Part shown: positions 61,639 to 64,000 of the stretch, in pieces
How the letters are laid out: each line of letters starts with the position of its first letter
Position numbering within the stretch: the first letter of the stretch is position 1
Assembly (NCBI GenBank): GCA_050952385.1
Contig: JBMNKV010000001.1
Location: 1,378,877-1,442,876, forward strand
DNA from: Desulfobulbus sp.
Lineage (GTDB): Bacteria; Desulfobacterota; Desulfobulbia; Desulfobulbales; Desulfobulbaceae
Direction of reading: 5' to 3'
DNA length: 64,000 nt
Program-made: the position numbers and the translations under genes
The notes under the pieces: model-generated
Told to the model about the DNA's origin: nothing
The model's database searches: none
What the model saw: only the letters and a program-made list of their open reading frames with translations

Positions 61639-62208
61639 TTACAGCACCTCGGTTGCCAGACTCAACAGGGACGCGCTTATCTGCACGCCCTGCTTCCGCG
61701 CCTTGGTATTGTTGATGATAAAGGCAAGCCGTCCGCCACGGGTGGTGAACTCAAAGATGCCGCCCGCACCGGCAAAGCCTTTCATGTCGCTGACCGTAAC
61801 CACGGGAGTTCCCTCCAGGTTTTTGATCAGCCCGTGCGCCTGTTCCGCATCCGCGGCAGAGACAAAAACCAGCTGGCACTGTCCCCCCAGATCCCTGGGG
61901 TTGACCCCGGTCTTCACCTTGACCGGACGATTACCGATCTTTTTTTCCTCGACCGCCAGCAGATAGGGACCGAAAGGATCCGTGCCAGCCACGCATATCG
62001 CAAAGGGGGTCTGCGGGTTTGGCCACACGGTCTTCGGCCAGGTAATAAAACGGCTGAAGTTGTAGAGAAAGGCTGCCTTGACTTTGTATTCCACTTCCCC
62101 ATCGCTGCCGCAGGCGCGATGCGCCGTTCCCAGGTCAAGACAGTACAGTGCCAGCAGCACAGCGATGATATGTCTGATTCGCAGGTTGTGTCGTCGGGAG
62201 GTTCGCAT
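61639..62208 (-). CDS. YfiR-family (DUF4154) periplasmic protein
   Basis: Start at MRTSRRHNL with a signal-like segment. Family block EYKVKAAFLYNFSRFITWP. Lies 2 nt after the upstream receptor stop. Confidence 0.8.
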   Translation of the reverse strand: MRTSRRHNLRIRHIIAVLLALYCLDLGTAHRACGSDGEVEYKVKAAFLYNFSRFITWPKTVWPNPQTPFAICVAGTDPFGPYLLAVEEKKIGNRPVKVKTGVNPRDLGGQCQLVFVSAADAEQAHGLIKNLEGTPVVTVSDMKGFAGAGGIFEFTTRGGRLAFIINNTKARKQGVQISASLLSLATEVL

Positions 62209-62210
62209 GA

Positions 62211-64000
62211 TCAAAACCTCCACAACAGTTTGGCGTAGACGCTCCGGTCAATGCCGGTCGGCGGCAGCGCCAGTTCGGAAACATATTCCAGTTCACTGCC
62301 GCCGGTCAGGTTCCGGGCGCCCAGTGTAACTTCGACACCATCCACCGGTTTCCAGAGCAGATTGGCATCCATGGTGATGTATTCGTCGACCTTGGTCGTG
62401 GACGGCGGCTGGGGAGAAGTAATGAGGCACTCAAAAGAGTCCACGGCGCGCACCCAGAAATTCAGCTGCCAGGCATCGCTCAGGTCGATGGATGAACGCA
62501 GCGACAGGATATGGGCGGGGGAGGAGGCATGCAGATAGCCGGGAGGCAACGGCGTCTTGTCCGGATGGTCGGACCAGAGATCCTTCTGCATATAGGAGTA
62601 GGCCAGGGCAAACGACAACCATGGCCGGGCCTTCCAGTTGACGGCCAGCTCCAGACCGTAGCTCTCCCCTTGCACACCGTTGATGAATACCAGGTCCACG
62701 CCGGTCGGCGTGATGTCGGTGCGAAAATCATAGAGCTTGTCGTACTCGCTGTAAAAGAGGCTGAGATCCACAAACAGGTTCGCATCGGGCATCCACCGGT
62801 AGCCGGCCTCGTAGGTCAACACGGTGTCGGAATCAAAGGCGGCGTTGCCCACCAGCCGGGTGGGCAGCACACCAGAGGAGGTGGTGGGCAATAGGCCGAC
62901 CAGAATGCTGGCTTCCGGATCCTGTTCCATCGCGGTGGGCGTGTGCACGGTCCGGCTCACCGCCCCCCAGAACGTGTGTCCCTCGGCCGCCTTCCAGAGC
63001 AGGCGGACATTGGGCTGCCACTCGCTGCCGGTACGATCGTTGTGTTCATACTTGGTGCCCAGGGTCAGCCACAGGGTATCGGCCAGCAGGGTGATCTCGT
63101 CCTGAAGAAAGGCGCTGTACAGCCGCTCTTTCTCGTCGCCCCGTATCCATGCCTGGCTGGGTCCGTACCGGGAATCGATATGCCGGTAGCCGGTTCCCAT
63201 GACCAGCGAATGCCGGTCGCCCAGGGGCGTTTCATATTGCAGGTCGAAATCGAACATATAGGTGGAGACATGGATATCATCCTGCTCCCGCCAATCGCGG
63301 TAATCGTAAAACGCCTGCGCGATCAGGGCGCGACGGCCGGAGAACTCCTGCCGGAAACGGCCCAGCAGGTCAGCGCCTTCCAGCTTACTCGAATTTTCAG
63401 CGCACCAGCCGGGCATGGGCATGAACAGGTATTCCTTGTTCACCCGGTAGGCGTCACCCTGCAGGGTCCACTCCTGGTCGTTGTTGGGGTGGCCGTCCAT
63501 TCGGAATCCGCCCTGGGAGAAATACCAGTTGTCGTTGGCGTCGAGGCCGCCGTCTTTCAGGGTGTTGGCCGCGAAGTGGTCGTGCATGCCGTAGGCCCGA
63601 AGGAAGGTGGTGTCGTTTATCTGCCCGCCCTGCCGCACCGCAGTGGAAAGAGGATGCTGGTTGCCCGTGCCGATGCGAACGAGCGTGCCCTGCGTGTCTT
63701 TGGCCTTTTTGGTGATGACGTTGATCACCCCGTTGACCGCGTTCGCCCCCCACAGGGTGCCGCCCGGACCGCGCACCACCTCGATCCGCTCGACATCCTC
63801 CAGCATGACGTGCTGAGCCTCCCACTGCACGCCATTGTGCCCCGGTGAAAACACGGTGCGGCCGTCGATCATCACCAGCACTTTATTGGAACTGTAGCCG
63901 CCGAAGCCACGTGCCGAGACCGACCGAAACGAGCTGGTGCCCCGGCCCACATGTATGCCGGGCGCCAGGGCCAGGGCATCCGGAATGCTCGTGGCGCCGG
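62211..64000 (-). CDS. TonB-dependent outer-membrane receptor, paralog of 59551..61623; 5' end runs off the window
   Basis: The frame stays open to nt 64000 (..GATSIPDALALAPGIHVGRGTSSF..). Plug block [24 protein letters not shown]-terminal ...AKLLWRF. Confidence 0.9.
   Translation of the reverse strand, partial: GATSIPDALALAPGIHVGRGTSSFRSVSARGFGGYSSNKVLVMIDGRTVFSPGHNGVQWEAQHVMLEDVERIEVVRGPGGTLWGANAVNGVINVITKKAKDTQGTLVRIGTGNQHPLSTAVRQGGQINDTTFLRAYGMHDHFAANTLKDGGLDANDNWYFSQGGFRMDGHPNNDQEWTLQGDAYRVNKEYLFMPMPGWCAENSSKLEGADLLGRFRQEFSGRRALIAQAFYDYRDWREQDDIHVSTYMFDFDLQYETPLGDRHSLVMGTGYRHIDSRYGPSQAWIRGDEKERLYSAFLQDEITLLADTLWLTLGTKYEHNDRTGSEWQPNVRLLWKAAEGHTFWGAVSRTVHTPTAMEQDPEASILVGLLPTTSSGVLPTRLVGNAAFDSDTVLTYEAGYRWMPDANLFVDLSLFYSEYDKLYDFRTDITPTGVDLVFINGVQGESYGLELAVNWKARPWLSFALAYSYMQKDLWSDHPDKTPLPPGYLHASSPAHILSLRSSIDLSDAWQLNFWVRAVDSFECLITSPQPPSTTKVDEYITMDANLLWKPVDGVEVTLGARNLTGGSELEYVSELALPPTGIDRSVYAKLLWRF

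Overview
The window is a 64 kb, high-GC chromosomal segment whose gene content looks deltaproteobacterial (Desulfuromonadales/Desulfobulbales-like; this is a guess, no search was run). All calls come from reading the supplied translations and the DNA by eye. No HMM, BLAST or folding program was used. Most of the window is housekeeping. There is a conserved minus-strand cluster: tRNA-Gly(CCC), rimP, nusA, ylxR, infB, rbfA, nrnA, truB, rpsO, pnp, dut. Also present are pyrF, pyrC, metX-metW, ettA, typA, glgX, nhaB, a DHH-CBS-CCA-adding enzyme, a FadL/FadD pair, a DD-carboxypeptidase, and a Na+-decarboxylase membrane module (anchor, biotin carrier, beta subunit) with no carboxyltransferase gene. 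No rRNA, CRISPR array, transposase, integrase or phage gene was seen. Two accessory regions stand out. (1) At about 7.7-17.0 kb lies a convergent two-operon locus. It encodes three DUF4402-type pilin-like proteins and a PapD-like chaperone, facing a 1295-aa usher-like beta-barrel protein. That protein has a Pro-rich repeat linker and a C-terminal SPOR domain. It is apparently co-transcribed with a cNMP-binding/DUF4388 protein and a small membrane protein. The major pilin gene has a near-consensus sigma54 promoter. Its roughly 370-nt leader contains 2.5 copies of a 96-101 bp tandem repeat, each copy carrying a palindrome. The 3' end of the usher gene is tandemly duplicated, in frame, behind its TGA stop. 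This looks like an uncharacterised variant of chaperone-usher pilus biogenesis and is the best candidate for something new. (2) At 56.5-64.0 kb the minus-strand order is TonB-dependent receptor, YfiR-like protein, paralogous TonB-dependent receptor, then a hybrid histidine kinase with a CHASE8-like periplasmic loop. This suggests a YfiBNR-like trans-envelope signalling module rebuilt around TonB-dependent receptors. Smaller observations include a candidate 31-aa membrane ORF, leader terminators and palindromes, coding tandem repeats and REP-like hairpins. The many long antisense ORFs in the track are treated as high-GC shadow ORFs.
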